DNA of 64,000 nt, taken from NCBI GenBank assembly GCA_965223505.1, contig CBDCWP010000038.1, forward strand, positions 64,001-128,000, written 5' to 3'. Position 1 is the first letter of the stretch. Every line of letters starts with the position of its first letter. Below, one piece after another: positions 11,024 through 20,628 of the stretch. Made by a program: the position numbers and the translations under genes. The notes beneath the pieces are model-generated. The model saw only the letters and a list, made by a program, of their open reading frames with translations, was not told where the DNA came from and did not search any database. This DNA comes from Planctomycetota bacterium (lineage in GTDB: Bacteria > Planctomycetota > PLA2 > JAEUHO01).

Positions 11024-11901
11024 GCCGAGGCCCCCACGACCACGCGCCGGCGCAGCATCTCCTGCAGGCTGTCCCAGAACGAGGTGCGTACGTCGACGCG
11101 CTGGTATTGGATCTCACGCGCCAGGCACCAACGCTCGATCGACTCCGCGCGGCGGCGCCAGGTGGCGTGCAGGGCCTCGAGCATCTCCGCCGTCACGTCG
11201 ACGTCGACGATCTCGCCCGTCTCGCGATCGACCGCGCGCACCGACGCGCCCTTCGGCAGCTCGACGTCGGTCTGGTCGAGCACGTGCAGCGCCGCGACGT
11301 CGAAGCCGCGCGTGCGCAGGTGCGCCATGCCGGCCACGGCTTCGCGCGGGTCGTAGAAGTCGGACACGACCAGCGCGACGCCGCGCGTGCGGGTCGCGCC
11401 GAGGATCTTGGCGAGGTCGCGCGTGTGATTCGTCTCGCCTTCGTCCGGCGTCTCGCCGAGCTCGTCGAGCAGCTTCTGGGCCCGCTCGCGCCCGCGGTGG
11501 ATCGTGATCGTCGCGTTCGAGGCCGACGGCAGCCACGCCAGCCGCACGTGCTCGAGATGCGCGAGCGCGATGTAGCCGAGCGCCGCCGCCAGCCGCCGCG
11601 CGGTGTGCGACTTGGCGCCCTCCATCGAGCGGCTGCGGTCGACGCAGAGCAGGAGGTTGAGGTTCTCCTCCTGCTCGAAGCGCTTGACGACGAGGTCGCC
11701 GAGGCGGCCGTACACGTTCCAGTCCACGTAGCGCAGGTCGTCGCCGGGCACGTAGTCGCGGTGGTCGGCGAACAGGCCGCCCGCGCCGGTTCGCGCGGTG
11801 CGCCAGTCCCCCATGCGATCGCCGAAGGACTGCCTGCGTTGCTGAACACGCAGACGCTTGAGGCGCATCAGCTCCTCGGGGGTAAAGAGCGGCGCGCTCA
11901 C
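11020..11901 (-). CDS. DUF58 (MoxR-associated vWA) protein
   Basis: FADHRDYVPGDDLRYVDWNVYGR, VDRSRSM (MIDAS), VVSDFYD. Confidence 0.9.
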   Translation of the reverse strand: MSAPLFTPEELMRLKRLRVQQRRQSFGDRMGDWRTARTGAGGLFADHRDYVPGDDLRYVDWNVYGRLGDLVVKRFEQEENLNLLLCVDRSRSMEGAKSHTARRLAAALGYIALAHLEHVRLAWLPSASNATITIHRGRERAQKLLDELGETPDEGETNHTRDLAKILGATRTRGVALVVSDFYDPREAVAGMAHLRTRGFDVAALHVLDQTDVELPKGASVRAVDRETGEIVDVDVTAEMLEALHATWRRRAESIERWCLAREIQYQRVDVRTSFWDSLQEMLRRRVVVGASA

Positions 11902-13244
11902 TTGGCGCCTCCGGCCCGCCGCCGCATCTCCTCGAAGTAGCGGCGCAGGAAGTCACGCATGCGCGGGGAGTAGCTCTCCCAGTCCACGGCGCGCTGCAAC
12001 ACCTTCTCGAAGTCGCGCAGCGCGTCTTCGAGCGGGACCCTCTTCGGCGGCTTGACGCCGGCGTCGTCGTCCGGCACGGCGACGATCGCGTCGTCCTTCT
12101 TGATCATGTCGCCTTCGCGCACGAACGGGTCGATGACCTCGATGTCGAGCTCGTCATCCGGGATCTCGGGCGGCGGGTCGGGCGGCGTCTGAGGTTGCGG
12201 TGTCGGCTGCGTCTCGTCTTCCTTCTTCTCTTCTTCCTGGTCTTGCGGCTGCGGCTGGTCCGGCGGCTTGTTGCTGTTGTCGTCGCCCCCCCCGCCGCCG
12301 CCCCCACCGTCGCCGGTCTCGATCCAGAGCAGCCCGACGTGCAGCGGGCCGTCGCTGAACTTGAACGAGCCGGGTTCCGGCCGGATGTAGAAGTCGAGGC
12401 GGTGCCGGCCCTTCGTTCGAAGCGGCTGCAGCTCCTCGTACGCGTCGAAGCGCACGACGACCTTCTCGTCGACCTCTTCGCCCGGCGTCAGCATCACGTT
12501 GCCCACGTCGAACGGCCCCGAGCCGTCCCAGTACATCGTGACGCGCGCGTAGAGCTTCTCGCCCTCGTTGCCGTCGACGAGCTTCGGAAGCGGCAAGTCC
12601 CAGCGCAGGTCGACCTCGAGGCCGGGCATGTCCTCGCCGACGGGGAGCGCGTTTGCCGGATCGCCGCCTTGTCGGGCCGGCGGGGTCGCGCGCACCAGCG
12701 CGTGCCCGATCTCCGGACTGTCGGGCGGCACCGGGTCCGCGCGGCGCGCACCCAGGTCGAGCAGTGTCAGCAGCGCGTCCACGCTGTCCTGCCCCGGCGC
12801 GGCCCGCCAGTCGTCCTGGCGCGCGAGCAGACGCGTCCCGGTGGCGTCGACGATCAGGTGCATGGGCCCCTGCAACGGCTGCGGCGCCCTGGGACGCATG
12901 TCCACCGTCGAATCTTCGGGCCGCGGCGCCACCGGAATCGGCGGGCCGCCGACCATGCGGAGCACACACGCGAAGCCGCGGCTCTTGGCGACGAGCGCCG
13001 CGTCGCCGTAGACGGTCTTCCACAGCGCGACGCGCAGCGGCCACTTGGCGTCGGCCTCGGCGATGCGCGGGTGCAGCGCGATCCAGATCGGACGGCCGAG
13101 CTTCGTCGCCGCCGCGCGCGCCGTCGGGATGTCGTCGAACCACGCCACGGTCGGCGCCTTGCGCGGTGCGTCCCCGTCGTCGGCAGCCACCGGCGACCAG
13201 CCGGCCAACAGCGCGAGCAGAACCAGGAGGCGACGGCGCGTCAC
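11898..13244 (-). CDS. Secreted hypothetical protein, possible thioredoxin-like N-terminal fold, Gly/Pro/acidic linker
   Basis: GTG start overlaps the upstream TGA (GTGA); signal peptide VTRRRLLVLLALLAG; VAWFDDIPTARAAA..GRPIWI; poly-Gly and PQ-rich linker; C-terminal RDFLRRYF. The longer ORF-track N-terminus overlaps another gene. Confidence 0.65.
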   Translation of the reverse strand: MTRRRLLVLLALLAGWSPVAADDGDAPRKAPTVAWFDDIPTARAAATKLGRPIWIALHPRIAEADAKWPLRVALWKTVYGDAALVAKSRGFACVLRMVGGPPIPVAPRPEDSTVDMRPRAPQPLQGPMHLIVDATGTRLLARQDDWRAAPGQDSVDALLTLLDLGARRADPVPPDSPEIGHALVRATPPARQGGDPANALPVGEDMPGLEVDLRWDLPLPKLVDGNEGEKLYARVTMYWDGSGPFDVGNVMLTPGEEVDEKVVVRFDAYEELQPLRTKGRHRLDFYIRPEPGSFKFSDGPLHVGLLWIETGDGGGGGGGGDDNSNKPPDQPQPQDQEEEKKEDETQPTPQPQTPPDPPPEIPDDELDIEVIDPFVREGDMIKKDDAIVAVPDDDAGVKPPKRVPLEDALRDFEKVLQRAVDWESYSPRMRDFLRRYFEEMRRRAGGAK

Positions 13245-13963
13245 TTGTCGTCCTCCTTGGGTTCGTCGCCGGGTTGCACCGGGTCCGCGCCGTCGTCGGG
13301 CTTCGGCTCCGGCGGCAACGGCGTCGCCGCCAGCGGGTCCTCCGCGAAGATCATCAGGAACCGGTCCGCGGCGAACGGATCCGCGGCGCCGAACGCGCGG
13401 TCGGGGGTCTGGCCGAGTCCGGCCGTCGTGCCGGTCCCGGCGCCGCGCTCGCCCAGCAGTCCGTCCACGCCGGGCGCGAGCAGGCAGAACACGAAGAGGA
13501 ACACGAGCACGTAGCGAACGAACTTGCGCGGGAGGTGCTTCGGCCAGAGCGACTCGGCGTTCAGCTCCCGGAGCCGGCCCAGTGTCTGCGCGACGAGCAG
13601 CGCCGGAACGGTCGCCGTCGCCGCGTCGTCGCTCAGGCCCGCGGCGGTGTTCGTGTCGTCGCGCCAGGCGTTCGCGTCGTCGAGCCGCCGCGCGGTGGTT
13701 CGAGGGCGGGGCCGCACGGTCTGGGTCATGAGCGTGCGCAACACCCAGCCGAAGAGCAGCAACGCGATCCCCACCAGCGGGGCGCGGATCCAGTCGTGCT
13801 CGAGGGCGCGTACGCCCGGCAAGGGGACGACCGCGCGGCTGACGAACGCGGCGAGGGCGGCGACGGCCAGCAGGGCGATGTGCAGACGCGCCGCACGGCG
13901 CGCGCCGACCGACGTCGCATAGGCGCGCCCGAGGCGTCCGAGCTCCTTGTGCACTTCGCTCAT
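13241..13963 (-). CDS. Hypothetical membrane protein, first gene of the DUF58/BatA operon
   Basis: Three hydrophobic segments; ARRLD motif; translationally coupled to the next gene. Confidence 0.65.
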   Translation of the reverse strand: MSEVHKELGRLGRAYATSVGARRAARLHIALLAVAALAAFVSRAVVPLPGVRALEHDWIRAPLVGIALLLFGWVLRTLMTQTVRPRPRTTARRLDDANAWRDDTNTAAGLSDDAATATVPALLVAQTLGRLRELNAESLWPKHLPRKFVRYVLVFLFVFCLLAPGVDGLLGERGAGTGTTAGLGQTPDRAFGAADPFAADRFLMIFAEDPLAATPLPPEPKPDDGADPVQPGDEPKEDDK

Positions 13964-14166
13964 CGGCGCCCAAGGTACCCGCCGGACGGCCCGGCGTCCG
14001 TCGCCCGGTCACAGCGCGGTGACACGCACGCGACCGGGCAGGGACGAGAGTGTAGCGGGCGGCGAAGCGCCGGCGCGCATCCGGCAAGCCGCGTGCCCGC
14101 ACGGATCCGCAAACCGACGCACTACCCTTGACGCCAAGGGCCCGCCGTGGGGTACCTTCCGGGCCG

Positions 14167-14817
14167 ATGGACTACTTCCAACGCGAGATCGTCGGCTGGC
14201 TCTGCATCCTCGTCGGGAACTTCTTTCTCGCGAAGTCGGTCATCTCGCGCCGCGACCGGGGACAGATGCGCGAGCTGCTCGGGCTGCCGACCGACAAGGT
14301 CAAGCGCTTCCGCAACTTCTTCCGGCAGCGGCTCGAGCGCATCGTCGGGTTCCTGTTCCTGTTGGTCGGCGTCGGGCTGCAGCTGTACGTGGTCGTTCGC
14401 CGCGCGCAGAAGGCCGAGGGCTTCAACGACCCGCGCGAGGCCCTGGGCGAGATCAGCACGTACCTGGCGGTGGCGATCGTCGCGCTGCTGCTGTTCGTCG
14501 CGCTGCTGCACCTCATCACCGACTACTTCAGCAAGCGCATCTTCATGGACAACCTGGGCTACCTCATGGTGCGCCAGCGCTACAGGCTCGCGGACGACCC
14601 GGCGCTCATGAAGCAGATCGGCGAGCTCCTCGGCGCCGACCGCGAGGACGACGACACCGTCGAGAGCTACACCTTGCGGTTGCAGGAAGCCCTCAAGCTC
14701 GACGAGATCCGGGCCAAGCTCCTGGCGCGCGGCAAGCTGCCCGACCTGGGCCCCTCGACCTACGAGCGCCGCGCGACCGAGACGGGAGAGATGGAGGCCG
14801 CGCCGCGCCCCGAGTGA
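14167..14817 (+). CDS. Hypothetical membrane protein
   Basis: ATG 14167 (MDYFQREIVGW...), three TM segments, strong GC3 codon bias. Confidence 0.75.
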   Translation: MDYFQREIVGWLCILVGNFFLAKSVISRRDRGQMRELLGLPTDKVKRFRNFFRQRLERIVGFLFLLVGVGLQLYVVVRRAQKAEGFNDPREALGEISTYLAVAIVALLLFVALLHLITDYFSKRIFMDNLGYLMVRQRYRLADDPALMKQIGELLGADREDDDTVESYTLRLQEALKLDEIRAKLLARGKLPDLGPSTYERRATETGEMEAAPRPE

Positions 14818-14874
14818 GCGCGGCTACGCGGCGACGGTATCCTCTCGGCCTTCCCCGAACCGCGCAGGTGCACC

Positions 14875-17328
14875 ATGTTGGAAGGCAAGTACGACCCGAC
14901 GATCGTCGAACCGAAGGCCCAGGCCTTGTGGGACGAGGTCGGCGTATACCGCTTCGACCCGGATGCGCCAGGTGAGATCTTCTCGATCGACACGCCGCCG
15001 CCGACCGTGTCGGGCAGCCTGCACGTGGGCCACGTGTTCTCCTACACACAGGCCGAGTGCATCGCGCGCTACATGCGCATGAAGGGCCGTAACGTCTTCT
15101 ACCCGTTCGGGTTCGACGGCAACGGCCTGCCCACGGAGCGGCTGACGGAGAAGGAGCGCGGTGTCCTCGGCATCGACATGCCGCGCGAGGACTTCGTGAA
15201 GCTGTGCCGCGAGACCTGCAGCAAGTACGAGCACGAATTCGAGGAGATGTGGCGCAGCCTGGGCTTCTCCGCCGACTGGTCGCTGGCCTACAGCACGATC
15301 GACGAGCGCGCGATCCGCATCTCGCAGCGCGGGTTTCTCGACATGCACGCGAAGGGCGAGGTCTACTTGCACCACAGCCCCTCGCTGTGGGACACCGAGG
15401 CCCAGACGACGCTGGCCCAGGCGGAGCTGGAGGAGAAGACCCAGCGCACGTTCATGAACGACGTGCGGTTCGACCTCGCCGACGGCGGTGAGGTCGTGAT
15501 CGCGACGACGCGGCCCGAGCTGCTCTCGGCCTGCGTGGCGATGTTCATCCACCCCGATCACCCGAAGGCGGCGACGCTGCTGGGCAAGAAGGCGATCGTG
15601 CCGCTCTACGGGCACGAGGTAACGATCCTGGCCGACGAGAAGGCCGATCCCGAGAAGGGCACCGGCATCGTGATGTGCTGCACCTTCGGCGACAAGACCG
15701 ACGTCGAGTGGTACCAGAAGCACGACCTCGAGCTGCGGCAGGCCATCGGCAAGGACGGCAAGCTCACCGAGATCGCGGGATCCGAAGCGGGCATGTACGT
15801 CAAGCCGGCGCGGCGCAGCATCCTCGAGCGGCTCGAGCAGTCCGGACACCTCCTGGGCCGCGAAGAGGTCGAGAACGTCGTCAAGATCGGTGAGCGCACC
15901 AAGCGCGAGATCGAGTTCCTGCCGATGCGGCAGTGGTTCGTACGCGTCCTCGAGCACAAGTCCGAGCTGATCGAGCTCGGGAACAAGGTACGCTGGTTCC
16001 CCGCGCACATGGGGAAGCGCTACGCCAACTGGGTCGAGGGCCTCGAGTGGGACTGGTGCATTTCGCGCCAGCGCTTCTACGGCGTGCCGTTCCCGGTCTG
16101 GTACTGCGAGGGCTGCGAGGCCGTGTTCGTCGCGCCCGACGAGTGGCTGCCGATCCTCGATCACGGCAAGCACGACGTGAGCCACGCGTGCGCGTCATGC
16201 GGCGGGACCGCGTGGCGCCCCGAGATGGACGTCATGGACACGTGGGCGACGTCGAGCGAGACGCCGGAGATCAACGCGCGCTGGGGCGATCCCGAGGACG
16301 GCGAGCGGCGCTGCCCGATGCCGATGACGCTGCGGCCGCAGGCGCACGACATCATCCGCACCTGGGCCTTCTACACCATCGTGAAGAGCCGCATCCACTT
16401 CGACGACATCCCGTGGCAGGACGCGATGGTGTCGGGGCACGTGCAGGCGCCGGGCCGGCAGAAGATCGGCAAGTCGCTCGGAAACGCGCCGGCGGACCCG
16501 CGCGACATGATCACGCAGCACGGCGCCGACCCCACGCGCTACTGGGCCCTCTCGGCCACGCTGGGCAACGACTACGTCTACAACGACGACGACTTCAAGC
16601 AGGGCCGACGGCTTTGCGTCAAGCTGTGGAACGCGAGCAAGTTCGCGCAGCAGCGGCTCGAGGACTTCGACCCGAAGGCCGAGACGGCGCCCCCGGAGCC
16701 GATCGACACGTGGATTCGCGCGCGGCTCGCCAAGACCGTGGCATTGGTGTCGGCGAACCTGGACCGCTACGAGTTCGGGATCGCCAAGGGCGACGTCGAG
16801 CGCTTCTTCTGGGGCGACCTCTGCGACAACTACCTCGAGATGATCAAGAACCGGCTCTACGACGACTCGCCCGAGGGCGCCGCGTCGCGCCGGGCCGCGC
16901 AGGCGGGGCTGTACGACGTGCTCTGCGGCGTGTTGCGCCTGCTCACGCCGTACGTGCCGCACGTGTGCGAGATCGTTCATCAGTCGTTGTTCCGCGCGTC
17001 GGAAGGCGTGCCCGCGATCGCCGCGGCGCCGTGGCCGGCCGCGGAGGCGCCGTCGAGCGCGGAGGACGCCGAGGCCGACGGGCAAGCGGCCGTGGCGGTG
17101 CTGACCGCGATTCGCCGATGGCGCTCCGAACAGAAGCTGTCACCGGGCAAGCCGCTCGCGCGCGCGCACCTGAACGTCGCCTCGGAAGGGTTCGCGCGAT
17201 TCGACGGCGTGCGCGAGGCGGTGCGCGCGGCGGGCAGGGTCGAGACACTGGACATCGACCACGACGACGCGCTGCCGGCCGGCGAGGTTCGCCTCTTGAC
17301 CGCGGAGGCCGTGCCCCCTAAGTCGTAG
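14875..17328 (+). CDS. valS: Valyl-tRNA synthetase, short archaeal-type (type 2)
   Basis: DTPPPTVSGSLHVGH (HIGH), TTRPELL and GTGIVMCCTFGD editing motifs, WCISRQR, MDTWATSS, QAHDIIRTW, KIGKS in place of KMSKS; 817 aa with no evident C-terminal coiled coil. Confidence 0.93.
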   Translation: MLEGKYDPTIVEPKAQALWDEVGVYRFDPDAPGEIFSIDTPPPTVSGSLHVGHVFSYTQAECIARYMRMKGRNVFYPFGFDGNGLPTERLTEKERGVLGIDMPREDFVKLCRETCSKYEHEFEEMWRSLGFSADWSLAYSTIDERAIRISQRGFLDMHAKGEVYLHHSPSLWDTEAQTTLAQAELEEKTQRTFMNDVRFDLADGGEVVIATTRPELLSACVAMFIHPDHPKAATLLGKKAIVPLYGHEVTILADEKADPEKGTGIVMCCTFGDKTDVEWYQKHDLELRQAIGKDGKLTEIAGSEAGMYVKPARRSILERLEQSGHLLGREEVENVVKIGERTKREIEFLPMRQWFVRVLEHKSELIELGNKVRWFPAHMGKRYANWVEGLEWDWCISRQRFYGVPFPVWYCEGCEAVFVAPDEWLPILDHGKHDVSHACASCGGTAWRPEMDVMDTWATSSETPEINARWGDPEDGERRCPMPMTLRPQAHDIIRTWAFYTIVKSRIHFDDIPWQDAMVSGHVQAPGRQKIGKSLGNAPADPRDMITQHGADPTRYWALSATLGNDYVYNDDDFKQGRRLCVKLWNASKFAQQRLEDFDPKAETAPPEPIDTWIRARLAKTVALVSANLDRYEFGIAKGDVERFFWGDLCDNYLEMIKNRLYDDSPEGAASRRAAQAGLYDVLCGVLRLLTPYVPHVCEIVHQSLFRASEGVPAIAAAPWPAAEAPSSAEDAEADGQAAVAVLTAIRRWRSEQKLSPGKPLARAHLNVASEGFARFDGVREAVRAAGRVETLDIDHDDALPAGEVRLLTAEAVPPKS

Positions 17329-17330
17329 GC

Positions 17331-18848
17331 GTGACCGGCAAGCCGAAGAAACGCAAGCGCAAGAGCGCCCAGCAGACGCTTGCCGCCGTCGACCTCGGTT
17401 CGAACAGCTTTCACATGGTCGTCGCACGCGTCGTGAAGGGGCAGCTGCGCGTCGTCGACCGTCTGCGCGAGCCCGTGCGGCTCGCCATGGGCCTGGACGG
17501 GCGTCATCGTCTGGACGCCGGCGCCCGCGCACGGGCCTTCAGCGCGTTGCGGCGGTTCGGCGAGCGCATCGAGCACTTGCCGCGCGGATCGGTGCGCGCG
17601 GTCGGCACCAACACGCTGCGCAAGGCGGGAACCCGCCCCTTCATGGAGCTCGCCCAGGCGGCGCTCGGCCACCCCATCGAGGTCATCTCCGGCCAGGAGG
17701 AAGCGCGCCTCATCTACCAGGGGGTGATCCACGACGTGCAGCCGAGCGCGGCGAGTCGTCTGGTCGTCGACATCGGTGGCGGCAGCACCGAGATCATCCT
17801 CGGGAAGGGCGCCACGATCCGGAAGTCGGACAGCCTGCACATGGGCTGCGTGTCCTACACACGGCGCTTCTTCCCCAAGCGCCGGATCACGCCGAAGACG
17901 TTCGAGCGCGCGTTGACCGGGGCGCAGCTCCAGCTCGAGCCGATCAAGCGCACGCTGCGTCGATCGACCTGGAACCAGGCCATGGGCGCCTCCGGGACGA
18001 TCCGCGCCGTGAGTCGCTACATCGAGCGGCGCGGCCTCGCCGCAGGCGCCATCGACGCGGCGTCGCTGCAGGCGCTGCGCGACGAGCTGATCGAGGCGCG
18101 CGACTTCGCGGCCTTCGACCCCCAGCTGGTCAGTCCGGCGCGCGCGGCGGTCTTCGCCGGCGGCCTCGCCATCCTGACGGCGATCTTCGAGGACTTGCGC
18201 ATCGAGCGCATGGAAGCGGTCAACGGGGCGCTGCGCGACGGCGTGCTCTACGACCTGATCGGCCGGATCCGGCATCAGGACATGCGGGACAGCACGATTC
18301 GCAGCTTCATGAAGCGCTACGCCGTCGATCGCGCGCAGGCGCGGCGCATCGAGAACACCGCGCTCGATCTCCTGGAGCAGGTCTTCGCCGACTGGTCTCT
18401 CGAGGGTGCCTGGTCGAAGCGGGCGCTTTCCTGGGCGGCCCGGCTGCACGCCATCGGCATGACCGTGGCCTACAGCGGCTACCACAAGCACGGCGCGTAT
18501 CTGATCGCCCACACCAACATGCCCGGGTTCTCGCGCGAGGATCAGATCCTGCTGGCCGCGCTGGTGATGTCGCATCGGCGCCGGCTGCGGCCGCAGCCCT
18601 TCACGGCGTTGCCCAAGGAGCGCCGGCGCGCCGCGCGCCGGCTGGCGATCCTGCTACGCCTCGCCGTGCGCCTGCACCGCAGTCGCTCGCCGAGCCGGCT
18701 GCCCCCCATCGTCGCGTCGGCGCGCGGCGACCGCATTCGCTTGCGCATGCCCGCGGGCTGGCTGGACGCGCACCCCCTGACGGCGGCGGACCTCGAGGTG
18801 GAGCGCAAGCGCCTCGCGAGGGCGAAGGTCGAGCTGACGTACGAGTAG
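17331..18848 (+). CDS. ppx: Exopolyphosphatase / pppGpp phosphohydrolase (Ppx/GppA)
   Basis: AAVDLGSNSFHM, ISGQEEARLIY, DIGGGSTE, GASGT, ALRDG, C-terminal HD-like region YHKHGAY. Confidence 0.93.
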   Translation: MTGKPKKRKRKSAQQTLAAVDLGSNSFHMVVARVVKGQLRVVDRLREPVRLAMGLDGRHRLDAGARARAFSALRRFGERIEHLPRGSVRAVGTNTLRKAGTRPFMELAQAALGHPIEVISGQEEARLIYQGVIHDVQPSAASRLVVDIGGGSTEIILGKGATIRKSDSLHMGCVSYTRRFFPKRRITPKTFERALTGAQLQLEPIKRTLRRSTWNQAMGASGTIRAVSRYIERRGLAAGAIDAASLQALRDELIEARDFAAFDPQLVSPARAAVFAGGLAILTAIFEDLRIERMEAVNGALRDGVLYDLIGRIRHQDMRDSTIRSFMKRYAVDRAQARRIENTALDLLEQVFADWSLEGAWSKRALSWAARLHAIGMTVAYSGYHKHGAYLIAHTNMPGFSREDQILLAALVMSHRRRLRPQPFTALPKERRRAARRLAILLRLAVRLHRSRSPSRLPPIVASARGDRIRLRMPAGWLDAHPLTAADLEVERKRLARAKVELTYE

Positions 18849-18854
18849 CCGTCG

Positions 18855-18891
18855 GCCGGCGGCCGGTCGGCCGAGCACCGGCCGCGCCGGC
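18855..18891. terminator. GC-rich hairpin downstream of ppx
   Basis: GCGGCCGGT (18859-18867) pairs with ACCGGCCGC (18877-18885), extendable; no U-tract, so terminator function is uncertain. Confidence 0.3.
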
Positions 18892-18973
18892 GGGCGATCC
18901 GCTCCCGCAATCCGCACGCGTCCGAGGGTCCTCCCACGTACACTCCGCGCTCACTCGGAGTCGTCACTCTCCC

Positions 18974-20515
18974 ATGTGCGGTTTCATCGGTCTCCACGCC
19001 GGTTCCGACGCGGCCTTCGAAATGACGGACGCGCTCCTCGTCCTGCAACATCGTGGGCAAGACGCCGCGGGCGTTGCGACGTTCGACGGCGACACGTTTC
19101 ACATCCAACGCGACGTCGGCCTCGTCAAGGAGGTCTTCACCGACCGCGCGATGACGCAGCTGACGGGACGTCAGGCCATCGGTCACACGCGCTACCCCAC
19201 GGTGGGCACCGGCACCGCGTCGGACGCGCAGCCGCTGTACACCAACTCGCCGTACGGCATCGCGATGGCGCACAACGGCAACGTCACGAACTACCTCGAC
19301 CTGAAGAAGGAGCTCTCCGAACGCGACGGACGCCGCCTCGGGACGAGCTGTGACGTCGAAGCGATTCTCAACGTCTTCGCTGCGGCGCTGCGCCGGCGTC
19401 GAAGCGCCCAGTGGCCCGACGCCGCCTACGCCGCGATGAAGGAAGTGTTCCGCCGCGTGAAGGGTTCGTACTCGGGCGCGGCGCTCGTCGGCGGAAAGGG
19501 ACTCGTCGCGTTCCGCGATCCGTTCGGCATCAAGCCGGCGATCCTCGGCCGTCGCAAGGTCGCCAAGCAGGGCCCCAAGCGCAACGGTAGGGCGCGGAGT
19601 CGGAACGAGTGGCACTACTGCGTCGCAAGCGAGAGCGCGGCGCTGAACGTGCTCGGCTTCGAGATCGTCGGCGATCTCGATCCGGGCGAAGTCGTGGTGA
19701 TCGAGCCGTCGGGCAGGCTGCACCGCAAGGTCGTCGCCGGACGGGGCTCGCGCCAGCATCGGCCGTGCGTGTTCGAGTTCGTGTACTTCGCGCGTCCCGA
19801 CAGCGTGCTGGACGACATCTCGGTCTACCGCGCGCGGTTGCGCCTCGGCGAGGCGCTGGCCGAGCGCGTGCGGCGGCGCAAGATCGAGCCCGACGTCGTG
19901 GTTCCGGTGCCGGACTCGGCCCGGCCGGCGGCGTTGGAGTGCGCCCGCACACTGAAGGTGCGCTACCGCGAGGGTTTGCTCAAGAACCGCTACGTCGGCC
20001 GCACGTTCATCATGCCGGGCAAGACGAACCGCGAGAAGAACGTGCGCGCGAAGCTGACGACGCTTCCCATGGAGCTCGACGGAAAGAAGGTTCTGCTCAT
20101 CGACGACTCGGTCGTGCGCGGGACGACCACGAAGGCGGTCGTCTCGATGGTGCGCGAGGCGGGCGCCACCGAGGTCTACGTCGGCGTCGCGTCACCCAAG
20201 ATCAAGCACCCGTGCGTGTACGGCATCGACATGCAGACGCGCAACGAGTTCATCGCGCGGCAGCAGCGCACGGACGACGGCATCGCCAAGGCGATCGGCG
20301 CGAACGGCGTCGTCTACATGACCGTCGACGAGATGGTGAAGGCGGTGCGGGGCCCGACGGAGCGCGTGTCGAAGTTCTGCCGCGCGTGCATGGACGGCAA
20401 CTACCCGACGGGCGACGTGACGAAGAAGGTGTTGCGTACGCTCGAGTCGGAGCGTAACCGCCAGAGCCGCGACGCGCGCAAGAGGCGCGACGGTCGTTCA
20501 CTGCAGTCGAACTGA
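18974..20515 (+). CDS. purF: Amidophosphoribosyltransferase
   Basis: N-terminal MCG (Ntn Cys), LQHRGQDAAG, GHTRYPT, AHNGN, CVFEFVYFARPDS, IDDSVVRGTT, PCVYGID, FCRAC. Confidence 0.97.
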   Translation: MCGFIGLHAGSDAAFEMTDALLVLQHRGQDAAGVATFDGDTFHIQRDVGLVKEVFTDRAMTQLTGRQAIGHTRYPTVGTGTASDAQPLYTNSPYGIAMAHNGNVTNYLDLKKELSERDGRRLGTSCDVEAILNVFAAALRRRRSAQWPDAAYAAMKEVFRRVKGSYSGAALVGGKGLVAFRDPFGIKPAILGRRKVAKQGPKRNGRARSRNEWHYCVASESAALNVLGFEIVGDLDPGEVVVIEPSGRLHRKVVAGRGSRQHRPCVFEFVYFARPDSVLDDISVYRARLRLGEALAERVRRRKIEPDVVVPVPDSARPAALECARTLKVRYREGLLKNRYVGRTFIMPGKTNREKNVRAKLTTLPMELDGKKVLLIDDSVVRGTTTKAVVSMVREAGATEVYVGVASPKIKHPCVYGIDMQTRNEFIARQQRTDDGIAKAIGANGVVYMTVDEMVKAVRGPTERVSKFCRACMDGNYPTGDVTKKVLRTLESERNRQSRDARKRRDGRSLQSN

Positions 20516-20628
20516 TCGTCCACGACGGCGCGTTGGATGGGGAGCGGAAGGCTGGACGTGGCGTGGTCTGCCACGCGAGGACGACGAGGCGGTCCTGAGC
20601 GCCCCCAGACCAGCGCGCCGTCCGCGTG

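Noticed and set aside
12180..12312. Poly-Gly / PQ-rich low-complexity tract as a repeat element
   Set aside because: It is an in-frame protein linker within 11898-13244.
18849..18973. Purine, ZTP or PRPP riboswitch upstream of purF
   Set aside because: Only a GC hairpin and a TACACT -10-like element 29 nt before the ATG; no recognisable aptamer.
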